From Larinioides sclopetarius (Eukaryota), in the NCBI GenBank assembly GCA_964023285.1, contig CAXIEN010000102.1, forward strand, positions 2,999,528 through 3,063,527: a DNA stretch of 64,000 nucleotides, given 5' to 3'. How positions within the stretch are numbered: position 1 is the first letter of the stretch; each line of letters starts with the position of its first letter. The position numbers and the translations under genes are program-made. The notes beneath the pieces were generated by a model. It was given only the letters and a program-made list of their open reading frames with translations. It was not told where the DNA came from and ran no database searches. Positions 63,906 to 64,000 of the stretch are shown here, piece after piece.

Positions 63906-64000
63906 TAAAAAGGCACTTATTTCATTATACCAAATGAAAATTATTCAAATTTTAACTTCATTTTATTCACAGAATTTAAACCAGAAAAAAATTTAATAAA

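Overview
This 64-kb window is eukaryotic DNA, almost certainly metazoan and probably arthropod. It is about 30% GC, has spliceosomal GT-AG introns and carries Tc1/mariner transposons. It is not a prokaryotic locus, and I found no CRISPR array, operon or defence-system-like organisation. I recognise three host genes. (1) An intronless NACA gene (nascent-polypeptide-associated complex alpha; NAC domain plus C-terminal UBA) lies on the minus strand at 6737-7396. (2) An intronless full-length EMC1 gene (ER membrane protein complex subunit 1; signal peptide, PQQ-like beta-propeller, C-terminal TM/DUF1620) lies on the plus strand at 8047-10791. It is head-to-head with NACA across about 650 bp. (3) The 3' two-thirds of a large multi-exon AASDH/U26-like (ACSF4) NRPS-like gene lies on the minus strand. 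It carries adenylation-domain exons (A5 and A7/A8 motifs), a phosphopantetheine-carrier (GGDS) exon, and five PQQ-repeat exons ending at the stop codon at 26798. Its exons span about 26.8-60.4 kb with consistent GT-AG sites and codon phases, and its 5' exons are outside the window. The long introns and the 11-26 kb intergenic stretch are full of repeats. These include a frameshifted Tc1-like element (28699-29938), a mariner-like element (41139-42708) inserted into one copy of a locally duplicated 430-bp repeat whose uninterrupted copy sits 3.4 kb away, a 1.39-kb TA-flanked element with perfect 25-bp TIRs (4620-6009), a foldback MITE (about 47175-47555), and a four-copy non-autonomous family with a 13-bp TIR/terminal hairpin and internal (CAGA)n. 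There are also several tandem or segmental duplications and microsatellites. I could not identify any novel biological system. The observations most worth a second look are the two adjacent intronless housekeeping genes, the AASDH-like gene model, the mariner filled-site/empty-site pair, and a CpG-dense 170-bp insert inside one repeat copy.
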